The notes: generated by a model from the sequence alone, not told the origin. Positions 37,428-50,217 are shown, counted from the whole stretch's first letter. The stretch is 63,008 nt of DNA, filler included, from Octopus bimaculoides (GCF_001194135.2; 6 parts of 6 records of this genome joined end to end with filler, not necessarily neighbours in it), one strand, 5' to 3'. A program made the numbers and translations.

Positions 37428-38040
37428 CAGGGTTGCAGTGAATAAACTGCCATCTAAATTATGCAGAAATGTAAATAACACTGACATCTCATTTTAACAG
37501 ATATATTTACTAAAATTACATAAAAATATCTTGAAATACTAAAGAGTACATTTATTTAATAAAATCGCCATTGGCTTCAACCATGGCCTCCAGACGACTT
37601 CTGAATCTCCTGCAACTCTTCTGGATGGTCTCCTTGTTTAAGTTGGTGAATGCTGCCATAATCCTTGCCTTCAGTTCATCTTTGGTGTTACAAGGAGTTT
37701 TGTTGGTCTCTCGCTCAACTGCACCCCACACATGATAATAAAGGGGGTTGCAGTGTTGGTAGTTTAGGGGTGATGTGGTCACAGAAATTGTCTCACAGTC
37801 ATGATTGGGTTTTCCTGCTTGTGTGGCATGGTGCAGAGTCCTGTTGCCAGACATATAGGGTCTTCCAGTAGCCACCCTCTTGACCCAGAGCAGCACTACC
37901 TCCTACAGGCACTTGATATAGGCCTCCGTGTTGAGTCTGTGGCTGTGTGGGAAGATGGAGGCATAATGTCGCCATCACTAGTGTTCACTCCAAACACCAT
38001 GATGTTGACTGGATGTTTTATTTTTGTCTCTCTTGATACA
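37428..38040 (-). mobile_element. Tc1/mariner (maT/DD37D-like) transposase 3' remnant with TIR
   Basis: KHPVNIMVFG...DG.IMPP...GLRLN; NPLYYHVWGAVERETN...LKARI...CRRFRSRLEAMVEANG; TA-CAGGG terminus at 37426-32. Confidence 0.8.
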
Positions 38041-38863
38041 TGTCCTCAGATTGACACTCAAACACTTTGAAATGCTTGTATTGGAGCTTGTGGCGCAAAT
38101 GCTAAGCAGTACAACATCATCATCATCATCATCGTTTAACGTCCGCTTTCCATGCTAGCATGGGTTGGACGATTTGACTGAGGACTGGTGAAACCGGATG
38201 GCTACACCAGGCTCCAATCTGATTTGACAGAGTTTCTACAGCTGGATGCCCTTCCTAACGCCAACCACTCTGAGAGTGTAGACATGTTATTTCCAAATTT
38301 CTGGCAGAGTGAATTGCATCATGGAGCAGCATACTTTGCTGGATGTGCAATGTCAGTGTGTATGTATGACAGATTATAAGTGTATTAAGAGAAAAATTGA
38401 GTATAAAAGGCATCAGATGTAGTGTGCAAGAGAGAAGACTACATTGGTATGGTCATGTGATGCATATGAATGAAGACAGTTGCACCAAGAGATGCTGATC
38501 TCTAATTGTGGAGGGAACATGTGGAAGAGGTAGACCCAGGAAGACATGGGATGAGGTGGTGAAATATGATCTTTGACTGTTGAGTCCCATGGAGGCAATG
38601 ACATGTGACCAAGACTTCTGGTGATCTGTTGTGCTTGAGAAGACGTGTCAAGGTAAGTGAAATCATGGTTGTGGCCAGTGCCAGTGATACACAAAAGACA
38701 CCCAGTACACTCTGTAGAGTGGTTGGTATTAAAAAGGGCATCCGGCCATAGAATCCAAGTCAAAACAGATGACTGGAACCAGGTGAGGCTTTCCAGCTTA
38801 GCAGCTTCGGTCAAACTGTCTAACCCATGCCAGCATGGGAAATGGACATTAAATGATGACATA

Positions 38864-38917
<54 letters not shown>

Positions 38918-39382
38918 AAATTCTGAACAGAAGTCATCGTACTATGTTGGGTACATCGTGGTATGTTGATTCTTGTTTATTTTTATGTATCTCGACCATA
39001 CGTGTACTGATGAACAAAAGATGCAGGTTACTTCACAGTTTTTCTGTATTTGATTGAGAAACCAGTGGTTTACCGTTAAGTTAAATGTTTTTAAGAGATT
39101 AATTTTGAAAGCTGCATTCCCTCGCTTTCGGTAAATATGTTGCTTATTTTTTGGTAGTTTTTGACTTATTTAGTTCCTCGAAGCGTGAGGCATTACTACA
39201 CTGTTAATGCCCTTTATATAAATTATATATATTTATGGAAAAAAAATGATGAATTTTTTTTTCATTATGAGGTTTTTTTCACGCCGACTACTTGATAAAT
39301 TCTTATAAAGATTTTATCCTATATTATATTATATATATATATATATGTATACATATGTGTGAAAATGCAAACAACGACTTAC

Positions 39383-39440
39383 CCAACCATCTTTAGAAGC
39401 AGGTAAATTGGAAATGATTTTTAATACCAACTGGTCCAAC
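39383..39440 (-). CDS. FANCF: FANCF-like exon 5, (R)LDQLVLKIISNLPASKDGW
   Basis: Acceptor ttatttctttgtataaAG, donor GTAAGT, 58 nt phase 2/0. Confidence 0.8.
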
Positions 39441-40683
39441 CTTTATACAAAGAAATAAGAGATATAAGATGTTAATATGTAACAGAAGGATACAATTTGA
39501 AAGGATATTTTGCTGCTATTTCTAGCATGTGGAATGACTGTATAGGGAGTCCCTCAATAGATATGTTATATATAAAGATGTAACAAATAGATGGGAATTA
39601 TGACTTGATGCAAAACTTGAAAATAGAAATTAACTCTCTCCCTTCACAAAGTAAATTAAGAGTCCCCTTTACTCATTGCTGACCATAGGCTTCTGCACCT
39701 GGAGAATTCCTCTTCAAGGTGCAAACCTTTGCAATCACCTGAATTCAGGTTTAGTTCCTATGTGCAGCACCATGAGTAAGAAAATTTCTTTTGTAACACC
39801 AGGCTGACCACTCATGGAATTTGTGAGTGGATTTATCAGACAGAAACTTAAAGAAACCTGTCCTAGTCCTGTGCTGGAAGAAGACCCACACTCCACAGCA
39901 GAAGCGTTAAAGCTGCATCCCCTGGTGAAGAGGATTGGCCTGCAAGAGTCCTGTGCTGGTGCCATGTTAAAAGCACCCAGCACACATTGTAAAGTCGATG
40001 GCATTAGGAAGGGCATCCAGCTGTATAAACTCGTGTGCAGACAAGTCATCGACAGACAATTCCCACATAGCCTCAGACTTAACACGGAGATTGTGGCTAC
40101 TGGGTCAAGAGGGTGGCTGCTGGAACATCCCATGTCTGGCCACAGGGCTCTGCACCATACCACACAATTGTCCTGTCTGTAAGTTGTCTGTCTACCATAG
40201 AAACCAAGCCAAATCAGACAGGAACCTGGTGCAGCTTTCTGTTTAGCCAGCTCTGGTCAAACTGTCCAGCCCATGCCAGCATAGAAATATGAAAAATGGA
40301 CATTAAAAGATGATGATGATGATGATGATATATATATATATATATCTTGCAAACAATATGCAGCTGCAAGTGCTACCAGTTGAAAGCTTTAGTTGACGCA
40401 TGGCTATAGAAAAAGAAACTTGCTCATGATGCCATGCAGTGGGATTGAACCGACAGCCACATGACTGGGAAGCAAACTTCTTAACCACACAGCCATGTGT
40501 GAAACTTTAGAGGATTGCTATGAAAGAAAGGAATAAACCAGAAGAAATTTAGCACAGTAAGTTTCATTCTTATTCAGACTTTCCAAACAGGAATGGAAAC
40601 TGGCCCCAAAACTTCTACTGATATGATCTGCTTACCTGATTTAAAAAAAAAAAAGAGGCAAGAATAACAATTTGATGACAAAC

Positions 40684-40880
40684 CTGTCTTCATCAGAAAT
40701 AATAGAGATTTGGTTGACAAGTCTCTGCCAGAGTATTTCACTTTTAACAATAGTAACTAATGACGAATGTGAGCCTGTTTTACTAGGTCGGCATTTGTCA
40801 TAACTGCAGTTTACAATGTCTCTTTCTAGTCTGGAAATTATTTGCAAGGAAGCATGGAGACTGTTGAGCTCAGCACATTG
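40684..40880 (-). CDS. FANCF: FANCF-like exon 4, QCAELNSLHASLQIISRLERDIVNCSY...VKSEILWQRLVNQISIISDED
   Basis: Acceptor ctctctcttttcAG, donor GTTTGT, 197 nt phase 0/2; KSEILWQRL resembles the recalled QAELLLERL. Confidence 0.85.
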
Positions 40881-40932
40881 CTGAAAAGAGAGAGAGAGAA
40901 AAGTATAGGTTGTCTAGTATATCTAGTGTGCT

Positions 40933-41270
40933 AATACCTCCGCCTTAGCAAAGGCAGAGGTATTGTTTTCAGTTGTGTTTGTTTGTTTGTCAGTGGACAA
41001 GATATCTCAAGAACCGCTGGATGGATTCGAATGAAACTTTCAGGGATGTTTGGCCTCGTGACTAGCACAAACTGATTAGATTTTGGGATTGATCCAGTAC
41101 CGGACAAGGATTCTGGATTATTTTTCAGTTTTTTTTACTTAATTTTTGAGAGCGGTGAGGTTCATTCTTAGTATTCTTGTCTGTGAGAGCAGTTGAATTT
41201 ATTTCAGATATTCTCATTTTAAAAATCATCTCTGGCTAATTATTAAACAGACGTTGGTGTTGCCTTGTTT
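40933..41270. mobile_element. Helentron-associated (HINE/DINE-like) non-autonomous fragment
   Basis: Hairpin AATACCTCCGCCT-TAGCAA-AGGCAGAGGTATT, then (GTTT)n and GATGGATT..ATGAAACTT, the pattern typical of these elements. Confidence 0.55.
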
Positions 41271-42658
41271 AGAATAATTTCAGCACAAACACATTGTAAT
41301 TGTTTTTAAAAAGTAGTTAATGGCAAATTGGTAAAACATCAGATGAAATACCTTGCTATTTGGTGACTTCATTTATGTGGAAGTGCATGGTCTAGTGGTT
41401 AGTACAAGGGTCTAGGGTGTTGGACTCATGATTGTAAGATTATGGTTTGATTCCTTGACTGAGCATATTGTTCCAGTCCTCTCAGCAGGCAAAAATGAGT
41501 AATTCTGCGACAGACTAGCATCCTGTGCAGGGGTGGAATTTATATGCCACAAAACTGGGAAACGGGGCGCTTATGAGTTGGCATGACCCTAGAAGGTAAC
41601 TTTTTTTTTACTGTCAATTACGGTCTGATTTCAAATCCCGCCCAGACTGATTTTACTTTACATCAGTGGCTCTCAACCATTTTCCACCTATGGATTCTTT
41701 GCTTCATATTTTATTCCATTGGATCCTTAGAACCATTTGATGTTTTAAAAAAAAAATTGTTAAAATATTTAGTGTATTGTAGAAGTATAAGAAATTTATT
41801 GTTCACAAATTTTAACACAAAATCTTATATGGATCCCTAAGGGTCATATGAACCCCGGTTGTGTGCTTTACACATCTCTAAAATAGATAAAACGTAGACA
41901 ATGTAGTTAGAGTTGGAAATAGTCTGGAAATAAGAAGGGATGGCCATGGCCAAGATGTGTTTGAGAATAGGTTAACCCTTTAGCATTCAGATTACTCTGT
42001 CACACATAATGCTCATTTATCCACATTGTTTTGTATTAATACGGCATTATGTTATAGCTCTGACATTCTGAGTTCAAATGCCGCTGAGGTCAACTTTACC
42101 TTTCATCCTTTTGGGGTCAATAAATTAAGTACTAGTTAATTACTGGAGCTGATGTAATTGACTATCCCCCTCCCACAAATTTCAGGCCTTGTGCCTATAA
42201 TAGAAAGTGTTATGTTGTAGCTCTAAGATTTTGACAATGTGATTGTTTTCTGAATGATATTGTAGGGAAGGTGTGAGAGGCTAGACTTGGCCAGTTTAAA
42301 CATAAAATAGGTAGAATATTTGGGCCAGATATGGCCGGTTTGAATGCTAAAGGGTCAACATGATTGCAGTAGAGCTGGTTCTACCCTTTCCCCTACTGTA
42401 GCTGATGTTTATGATGAGGGCAATAACACCTAAGTAATGATTTACAGGCTGGAACAGTAGATTATCAGGTCAAATGTATAACAGTATTTAGCTTTAACTC
42501 TCTATGTGTGTGTATGTGTGTGTGTGAGTGAGTTTGGAGGAGTCAAGTTCAAATTCCACTGAGGTCAACTCCTTTTGTTTTTCAGAGAAATTGAATGTAA
42601 ATGTCCATTTCTTGTTAGGTAAGCCAAACAATAATAAAAGTTACTGCAAAACTCTTAC

Positions 42659-42745
42659 TTTGATGATAATTTCCTTTTCTCCCAGGGACATTTGAATAAG
42701 TTCCTCAAATAATTCCTTTGGAAGATGACTATTACAGAACAGCAA
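42659..42745 (-). CDS. FANCF: FANCF-like exon 3, LLFCNSHLPKELFEELIQMSLGEKEIIIK
   Basis: Long polypyrimidine tract ttttctttattttcacattttAG, donor GTAAGA, 87 nt phase 0/0; gapless with the recalled RLLENRAL...HLVQ. Confidence 0.85.
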
Positions 42746-43381
42746 CTAAAATGTGAAAATAAAGAAAATAAGTGTAAGGCACTTCAGCATCATTGTTTTA
42801 ACATCCACCACTTTTCCATGCTTGCATGGGCTGGATGGAATTTGTTGAGGCAGGTTTTCTACAGTTGGATGCCTTTCCTGTCACCAACCTTAACCTGTTT
42901 CCATGTAAGGTAATATTTTCACATGACCAGACATGTTTCCACCGAAAATTGGAATTGAAACACTTTGCTTGCATGGTGACAATTGTTTACAACTATCATA
43001 TGATATGAAGGCAAGGACACAATAAAGCGTAAACACATACATACACTCCTCCTCCTTTAACATCTGTTTTCCATGCTGGCAATTTGACCAGGGCTGGAAA
43101 GCTGCACCAGGTTCCAGTCTGATTTGGCTTGGTTTCTATGGCTGGATGCCCTTCCTAAAGTCAACCACTTTACAGTGTGTATTGATTGCTTTTAACGTGT
43201 CATCAGCACGAATGCTTTTATTTGGCACTGGAATGTGTATTTTGTACATGGCACTGGAACAAGTGTTTTTTACATGGCACCAGCATTCTTGCAGGCCATT
43301 CTTCTTCACCAAGCGAGAATGTAGCCTTAACACTTCTGCTGTGGAGGACAGCTTTTCTATATATACATATATATATATCTA

Positions 43382-43648
43382 AACGAGGTATAAACAGTAG
43401 CTGCATGACAACGTGAAGTATATTTGCCACTTAAATGTGGCTAACCACTAAGGGTGGATGCTACTGAAGCTTGTAGCCCCAGGAGGACACCTCCTCCAGT
43501 TGGCTATTGACACACTTTCTGTGCCCTATCAGGTCAAAGATGGGAAGGATGGTTTCCCTTTGCAAATACTGATAGGGCACAGAAAACGTGTCAATAGCCA
43601 ACTGGAGGAGGTTTCCTCCTGGGGCTACAAACTTCAGTAGCATCCACA
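43382..43648. mobile_element. Second copy of the 914-1329 fold-back element with the central ribozyme loop deleted
   Basis: Matches the reverse complement of 1329-914 except for a ~130-bp internal deletion. Confidence 0.8.
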
Positions 43649-44473
43649 AGCCTCGTGTGTGTGTGTGGGTGGGGTGGGATGGCAACGTTATGTGAGGAGA
43701 ATAAAGAGTAGAGAGGGATAAGATATGAGAAAAAAAAAGGGGCTGCAGCAAAATAAGTTTCTTGCTGTAGATGGTGGAAGAGGTGGAGATGGAATGTGGT
43801 GGGTGACATTTAGTCTACACCAGAGCACTATGTATCATTATTTGGGTAAATGAAATTGTTGACGGAGATTCAGAAATATTCCTGACAGCTAAGGCTGGCC
43901 TATCTTACGGATAATAATTGACCAGACAAAAGCTTAACGTTAGTTTCTCTGCAACTGCAGAGTTCATGATAATCTCTGAATCCATAGATAATCAAAAGAC
44001 AAAGTTATCACACATTGCCAACTCTTTCACTAATCTCTTCTTTCTCCAGTGTTTTCTGTCATAATCCTCCATTCTCCCTTACACACCATCTCTCATCCAT
44101 CCACCAAGGATCATCACTCATACTTTCTTGTAAACCCCGGTAACAACACAGAAATATATCAACTAGCCTCCAAAAAATGTGTGAGAAAGAGTCTCTTTAT
44201 AGCTATTTGACTAGCATGAAATAGCAATCAATTCTTGAAATCACATCACACCATTTTAAAAAGGAAGGACACATTAGCCAATGAAGTCATCGATATAGAA
44301 AAAGGGAGCGCATTCACATCTTTGATCACATGTCTGCTTGACCAGGGCTGATCTGGAATGAAACATTACTGCCGTCGCTGCCACCGCCACCACCACCACC
44401 ACCACTGCTATCACCACCACCACCACCACTGCTATCATCACCACCACCACCACCACTGCTTTAACATACTAAC

Positions 44474-44617
44474 TTGTCTTAAATTGTCAGTGGCTTTGTC
44501 CAGAAACTGAAGGTTAAGGTCTCCACATATCAAAGGGGATGATTGCACTGCATTCAGCTTTATGATTTGTTGGTTGAATACTTCCTTATAAGGTTTTTTA
44601 ATCACTTGTTTATAGAT
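44474..44617 (-). CDS. FANCF: FANCF-like exon 2, IYKQVIKKPYKEVFNQQIIKLNAVQSSPLICGDLNLQFLDKATDNLRQ
   Basis: Acceptor cttgatatatttcAG, donor GTTAGT, 144 nt phase 0/0. Confidence 0.85.
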
Positions 44618-44689
44618 CTGAAATATATCAAGAATGAAATTTAGCATAAAGTGTGTATGTATGTATATATTTCATCTTGAAGTGGTGCA

Positions 44690-45390
44690 TGGTACCAGAA
44701 TTTTCTGACTTGATCGGAGCATGAGCAAGTGGGATGGTAGGGCCAGATCAGAACATTATGTATGCTCAGAATGGCCACCTTGGGAAACTATGATGCCTGG
44801 ATGCCATAATGTAAATCATGAGACACTAATTAAGAAGAAGATCATTTTGCTATCACTGTATATAAAACTAGGCCTGATGAAGCAATTTACCAAAGCACTG
44901 CAACATAACAAGCCATGTTTCTAGTACCTCAAGGCGATCTTCCCTAAAATAAGTGATGCCAAGATTAAAGAGGGCATATTCGTAGGCCCTCAGATTTGTC
45001 AAGTAATAGCTGATGAGGACTTCGAGGTGACAATGGATGAAACTGAGCTAGCAGCCTGGCATGCATTCAAAGATGTATGCAAAGGACTTCTGGGAAAGCA
45101 CCAAATGGCCCAGCGTGAGAGTATAGTGGAGAGCCTAATCAAGTGCAACCAAAATCTCAGATGCAATATGTCACTGAAGATACACTTTCTTCATTCTCAT
45201 CTGTCCTTCTTCTCAGAGGATGCAGGAGATGTGAGTGATGGAACTTGGAGAGAGGTTCCATCATGATATAGTATCAATGGAAAACAGGTATAAGGGAAAA
45301 ATGGAGCTGTGCTGGCTGACTTCTGCTGGCATCTGAAGCGTGACACACCTGAGACGTCTTATAAACAAAGAAGTATATACTAAAATGTAG
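44690..45390 (+). mobile_element. Decayed CMC/Chapaev3-like DNA transposase (C-terminal half)
   Basis: WD.RAR..HY...WP; L.IKLGLMKQF.KAL; AKIKEGIFVGP; CNMSLKIHFLHSHL; stops and frameshifts. Superfamily label is from memory. Confidence 0.7.
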
Positions 45391-47176
45391 GTTCATACTT
45401 TATATAATGCTAACAAACATGCTGATNNNNNNNNNNNNNNNNNNNNNNNNNNNNNNNNNNNNNNNNNNNNNNNNNNNNNNNNNNNNNNNNNNNNNNNNNN
45501 NNNNNNNNNNNNNNNNNNNNNNNNNNNNNNNNNNNNNNNNNNNNNNNNNNNNNNNNNNNNNNNNNNNNNNNNNNNNNNNNNNNNNNNNNNNNNNNNNNNN
45601 NNNNNNNNNNNNNNNNNNNNNNNNNNNNNNNNNNNNNNNNNNNNNNNNNNNNNNNNNNNNNNNNNNNNNNNNNNNNNNNNNNNNNNNNNNNNNNNNNNNN
45701 NNNNNNNNNNNNNNNNNNNNNNNNNNNNNNNNNNNNNNNNNNNNNNNNNNNNNNNNNNNNNNNNNNNNNNNNNNNNNNNNNNNNNNNNNNNNNNNNNNNN
45801 NNNNNNNNNNNNNNNNNNNNNNNNNNNNNNNNNNNNNNNNNNNNNNNNNNNNNNNNNNNNNNNNNNNNNNNNNNNNNNNNNNNNNNNNNNNNNNNNNNNN
45901 NNNNNNNNNNNNNNNNNNNNNNNNNNNNNNNNNNNNNNNNNNNNNNNNNNNNNNNNNNNNNNNNNNNNNNNNNNNNNNNNNNNNNNNNNNNNNNNNNNNN
46001 NNNNNNNNNNNNNNNNNNNNNNNNNNNNNNNNNNNNNNNNNNNNNNNNNNNNNNNNNNNNNNNNNNNNNNNNNNNNNNNNNNNNNNNNNNNNNNNNNNNN
46101 NNNNNNNNNNNNNNNNNNNNNNNNNNNNNNNNNNNNNNNNNNNNNNNNNNNNNNNNNNNNNNNNNNNNNNNNNNNNNNNNNNNNNNNNNNNNNNNNNNNN
46201 NNNNNNNNNNNNNNNNNNNNNNNNNNNNNNNNNNNNNNNNNNNNNNNNNNNNNNNNNNNNNNNNNNNNNNNNNNNNNNNNNNNNNNNNNNNNNNNNNNNN
46301 NNNNNNNNNNNNNNNNNNNNNNNNNNNNNNNNNNNNNNNNNNNNNNNNNNNNNNNATCACAATATTTTTCAAAATTCCAAGTTACATTTTCTAGATATAT
46401 GTGAGTGAGATCATTGCCAGTACCGCTGGACTGACTCCTGTGCAGGTGGCACGTAAAATACACCATTTCGAGCGTGGCTGTTGCCAGTACTGCCTGACTG
46501 GCCTTCGTGCCGAGTGGCACATAAAAGCACCCACTACACTCTCGGAGTGGTTGGCGTTAGGAAGGGCATCTAGCTGTAGAAACATTGCGAGATCAGATTG
46601 GAGCCTGGTGTAGCCATCTGGTTCACCAGTCCTCACTCAAATCGTCCAACCCATGCTAGCATGGAAAGCGGACGTTAAACGATGATGATGATGATGATGT
46701 GGTACATGTCAATATGAGTGTTCACCCAGCATGATAGGGATTCTGCCAGCTTACCACTTTTAACTCTGAGGCAAAAATGTTAATAAGCATATACTGATAC
46801 ATTAAAAAGAAAACCTGTGCTCCACAGCAGAAGTGTTAAGACCAATCCCTGTGTTGGTGTAAAACACTTGTGGCAGTGCAATGTAAAAGTGCCTATGTGG
46901 TGTCACATAAAGGCACCTGTGTGGTGCCATGTAGAAGTGCATTTGCAGTGCCACGTTGAAAGCACCGAGGCCACTCTGTAAAGTGGTTGGCATTAGGAAG
47001 GACACCCAGCTGTAGAAACCATACCAAATCAGACTGGAATCTGGTGCAGCTTTGGTGAAACCATCCACCTCATGCCAGCATGGACAATGGATGTTAAATG
47101 AAGATGATGATTAACAGAGTAACAAAAAAAAAAAAGCGGGGAGTTTTATATTGAAATAGAGCCCCTTGTGCATTAC

Positions 47177-47305
47177 CTCTTTGCAATAAGCTGCCCAGTG
47201 GAGAGCATTTTGTAAAGAATTCTTGTCCCAAGTTGCTACTTCTTCTGTGCTAGCTTGCTGTAAGATTTTGGTGAAGAAATATATGTTTTTCAAAAATGTA
47301 GACAT
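47177..47305 (-). CDS. FANCF: FANCF-like exon 1 (ATG), MSTFLKNIYFFTKILQQASTEEVATWDKNSLQNALHWAAYCKE
   Basis: Acceptor ttttttcAG at 47315-14, ATG 47305-03, donor GTAATG. Gapless, about 15/43 identical to the recalled human FANCF N-terminus (ST..V.TWD......AL.WA.Y). Confidence 0.88.
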
Positions 47306-48365
47306 AATTGAATCTGAAAAAAACCCCCCAAAAAAACAAAACAGAATTTACACACATTATGCCATCATTGTTGTCATTTGTTCTCAGTCATCAGTCATCA
47401 GTCATCAGTGAAAACATGTCCGTGGAAACAGATGATAGTTGATGACAAAAAGGGCTATAGAAAATTTGCCTCAACTAATTCCATCTAACTCATGCAAGCA
47501 TGGAAAAGGGGATGTTAAAATGACAACGACGATGATGACAATGGAGCAGAAACAACATCTTCACTACTGAAGTAAATATTAATGTAAAGTCATGTGGAGA
47601 CAAACAACAACAAAACACACACATATGATGAACTCTAATACAATGGATTTCAGTCACAAGGCGTTAGTCAACCTTAGGTTACAGTAGGAAACTGTTGTTC
47701 AAGGTAGTTACATAGTAGAATCAAATCTGAAACTAGGTGGTTGTGAAGTGGACTACTTAACCAGAGTCATACATGAATCTAGATGAACTCATAAAGATAG
47801 ACGACAGAGAACAGACAGAGAAATATGCTTGCACTGTTGCACCATGTGTAGGACTTAATGCATTGCCCAGTTTAACTTTACCACTTTCGGTGCCTTAAGT
47901 GGAGCCTACTTTTGTAAGCATGAAGCAGGGCTGTCTCAGCAGTTTTATAGGCTCAGGACAAATCAATGCATTGGGCCCTGTACTCGTGAGGTCTCTGGGT
48001 AACTGTCCACTGTGCCAATACCTTAAGGTAGCACTAGGATCAGGTCTGAGGATATCTTATTGCTATATTTCAAGATGGTCATTTTTTCCTCTTGCCAAAT
48101 AAACGCCACGCACTATATATTCGTTCTGCACTCGTTTATTATTGTTATTATTCTATCCTATGCCCATTGTCTGGAAATCTTTCGTCACACATCTGTGACC
48201 TCTAGAGTGACTCTTCCATCCACGTTTTCCTGTTCTGTTTAGTCCATTCTGTCTAAACGCATGCATTTGTGTCTCTGTGTGTGTACGTGTGTCTGTGTTT
48301 TGTATGCGCGTATATGGGTTTGCTTACTATATTATTTGTATCCGTGCTCTTCATATAAGTTTTTT

Positions 48366-49375
48366 GGCATAACTACAGGGTTTTACCCCCCAGACTTTGA
48401 GAGGTCATAACTTTCAGAAAAATGATTTTTTTTTAATGAAATTTTCTACGCATATAGTATTAACTATGTAGAATCCGAATATACAAAAAACTTTTTTTCA
48501 ATCTTGCAAAAACACGAAGATTAAGAATAAACAGAAAAAGTACACAAATATATTTTACACACCTGTCGTATACGTCGGTTTTGTTTTTTTCACTTTAAAG
48601 GTGGATTAATCCCAACAAAATAACATAACTACCTTTAAAGTGAAAAAAAACAAAACCGACGTATACGACAGGTGTGTAAAATATATTTGTGTACTTTTTC
48701 TGTTTATTCTTAATCTTCGTGTTTTTNNNNNNNNNNNNNNNNNNNNNNNNNNNNNNNNNNNNNNNNNNNNNNNNNNNNNNNNNNNNNNNNNNNNNNNNNN
48801 NNNNNNNNNNNNNNNNNNNNNNNNNNNNNNNNNNNNNNNNNNNNNNNNNNNNNNNNNNNNNNNNNNNNNNNNNNNNNNNNNNNNNNNNNNNNNNNNNNNN
48901 NNNNNNNNNNNNNNNNNNNNNNNNNNNNNNNNNNNNNNNNNNNNNNNNNNNNNNNNNNNNNNNNNNNNNNNNNNNNNNNNNNNNNNNNNNNNNNNNNNNN
49001 NNNNNNNNNNNNNNNNNNNNNNNNNNNNNNNNNNNNNNACCACCGAGTGGGGGAACGCTTCTCAAAAATAACCTGCAGTTGTTTCCTTCAAAATTCCTAC
49101 ATGCTCGAAATGTACATACATCAAGGTATATTTGTAGACAATTTCACGAAAAAATATTAATTTTCCTGGAAGTTAAGAAGAATTTAAGTGGACTCTGTTG
49201 GAATTTCCGAAAATTGTCCCCCACCCCCATTCCAAAACACTTTCACCGGAAATTTTTGTATATTCGGATTCTACATAGTAAATACTATATGCATAGAAAA
49301 TTTCATTAAAAAATTTCATTTTTCTGAAAGTTATGACCTCCCAAAGTTTGGGGGGTAAAACCCTGTAGTTATGCC
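48366..49375. mobile_element. hAT-like MITE, ~125-bp TIRs, internal fold-back, spans a gap
   Basis: GGCATAACTACAGGGTTTTACCCCC... at both ends; the 8-bp direct repeat AGTTTTTT flanks both termini (48358-65, 49376-83). Confidence 0.75.
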
Positions 49376-50053
49376 AGTTTTTTCCCCCCTACGAGCCTAA
49401 TAAACTGTGTAAAGGGTCATGGGCACTACTTTCTCTTGACGAAAAGTTATAACACAAACGAAACAAGAGTTGAAGTGTGAGACTAAAATGGAACATAGAA
49501 AGGTTATAAAATACAACGAAATGTGAGAGGTATCAAATGTCAAAGATATGTAATGGAACAGGTGACAATTGGTTTTAGTATTTCGTGCGAAATGTTCGGC
49601 TATGTTGTGTTGCATCCATCCCTGATTAATCCTATGATTAAAGACATTTCAGCCAAAACCATCCCCTCTTTTTAGGTGCATATAGGACTACATTGTTTAA
49701 TATGTCATTTCCTGTTCCAAGATGGTAAAGTGTGATTTGAAGGAGATTTGACTACAATTTCTAGCAGATGTTGCGACCACATAGAAACTCCGCCATTGAC
49801 TCATTCGAGGAATCTGATTTGAACAGTGCAAAGCGTAAACCGGAAATTATGGAAGTTTAAATGTTAGGACAATAAATAAATAGGGCATCGTTTATGTATG
49901 AATAAAATATTCCCCAAAATTGCTTAGTATGGCTAGTATAAATTTATATAGTAATTACAAAATGACATACCGTGAAGACATAAAGGTAAACAAACCGGTT
50001 TGAAATTTGTAATTCAGCGCCATACGACTAGACGGTGCACACCGAATATTTAC

Positions 50054-50217
50054 CTCATTAAAAAGAAGCCCGACTACAAGTTCGATTTCTTGCATTAATA
50101 CACCAATAGCTTTTCTTTGAGAAAGAAAAAAAAATTAATTATAGGTAATTATATTAAAAGATATCCGTTTTTCTGTTATGCGGGAACAAAGACGGTGGGG
50201 TTGACTCGCTTGTGCAG
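50054..50217. promoter_or_regulatory. Putative bidirectional promoter / divergent first exons
   Basis: Minus donor GAG|GTAAAT at 50054/53 (candidate FANCF 5'UTR exon) and plus donor CAG|GTATGT at 50217/18, in a locally CpG-richer stretch. Confidence 0.35.

Noticed and set aside
43909-43975. Candidate FANCF exon IIMNSAVAEKLTLSFCLVNYY with AG/GTAAGA sites
   Set aside because: Exon 42659-42745 gives a gapless alignment, stronger splice signals and correct phases without it. It could at most be a minor alternative exon.
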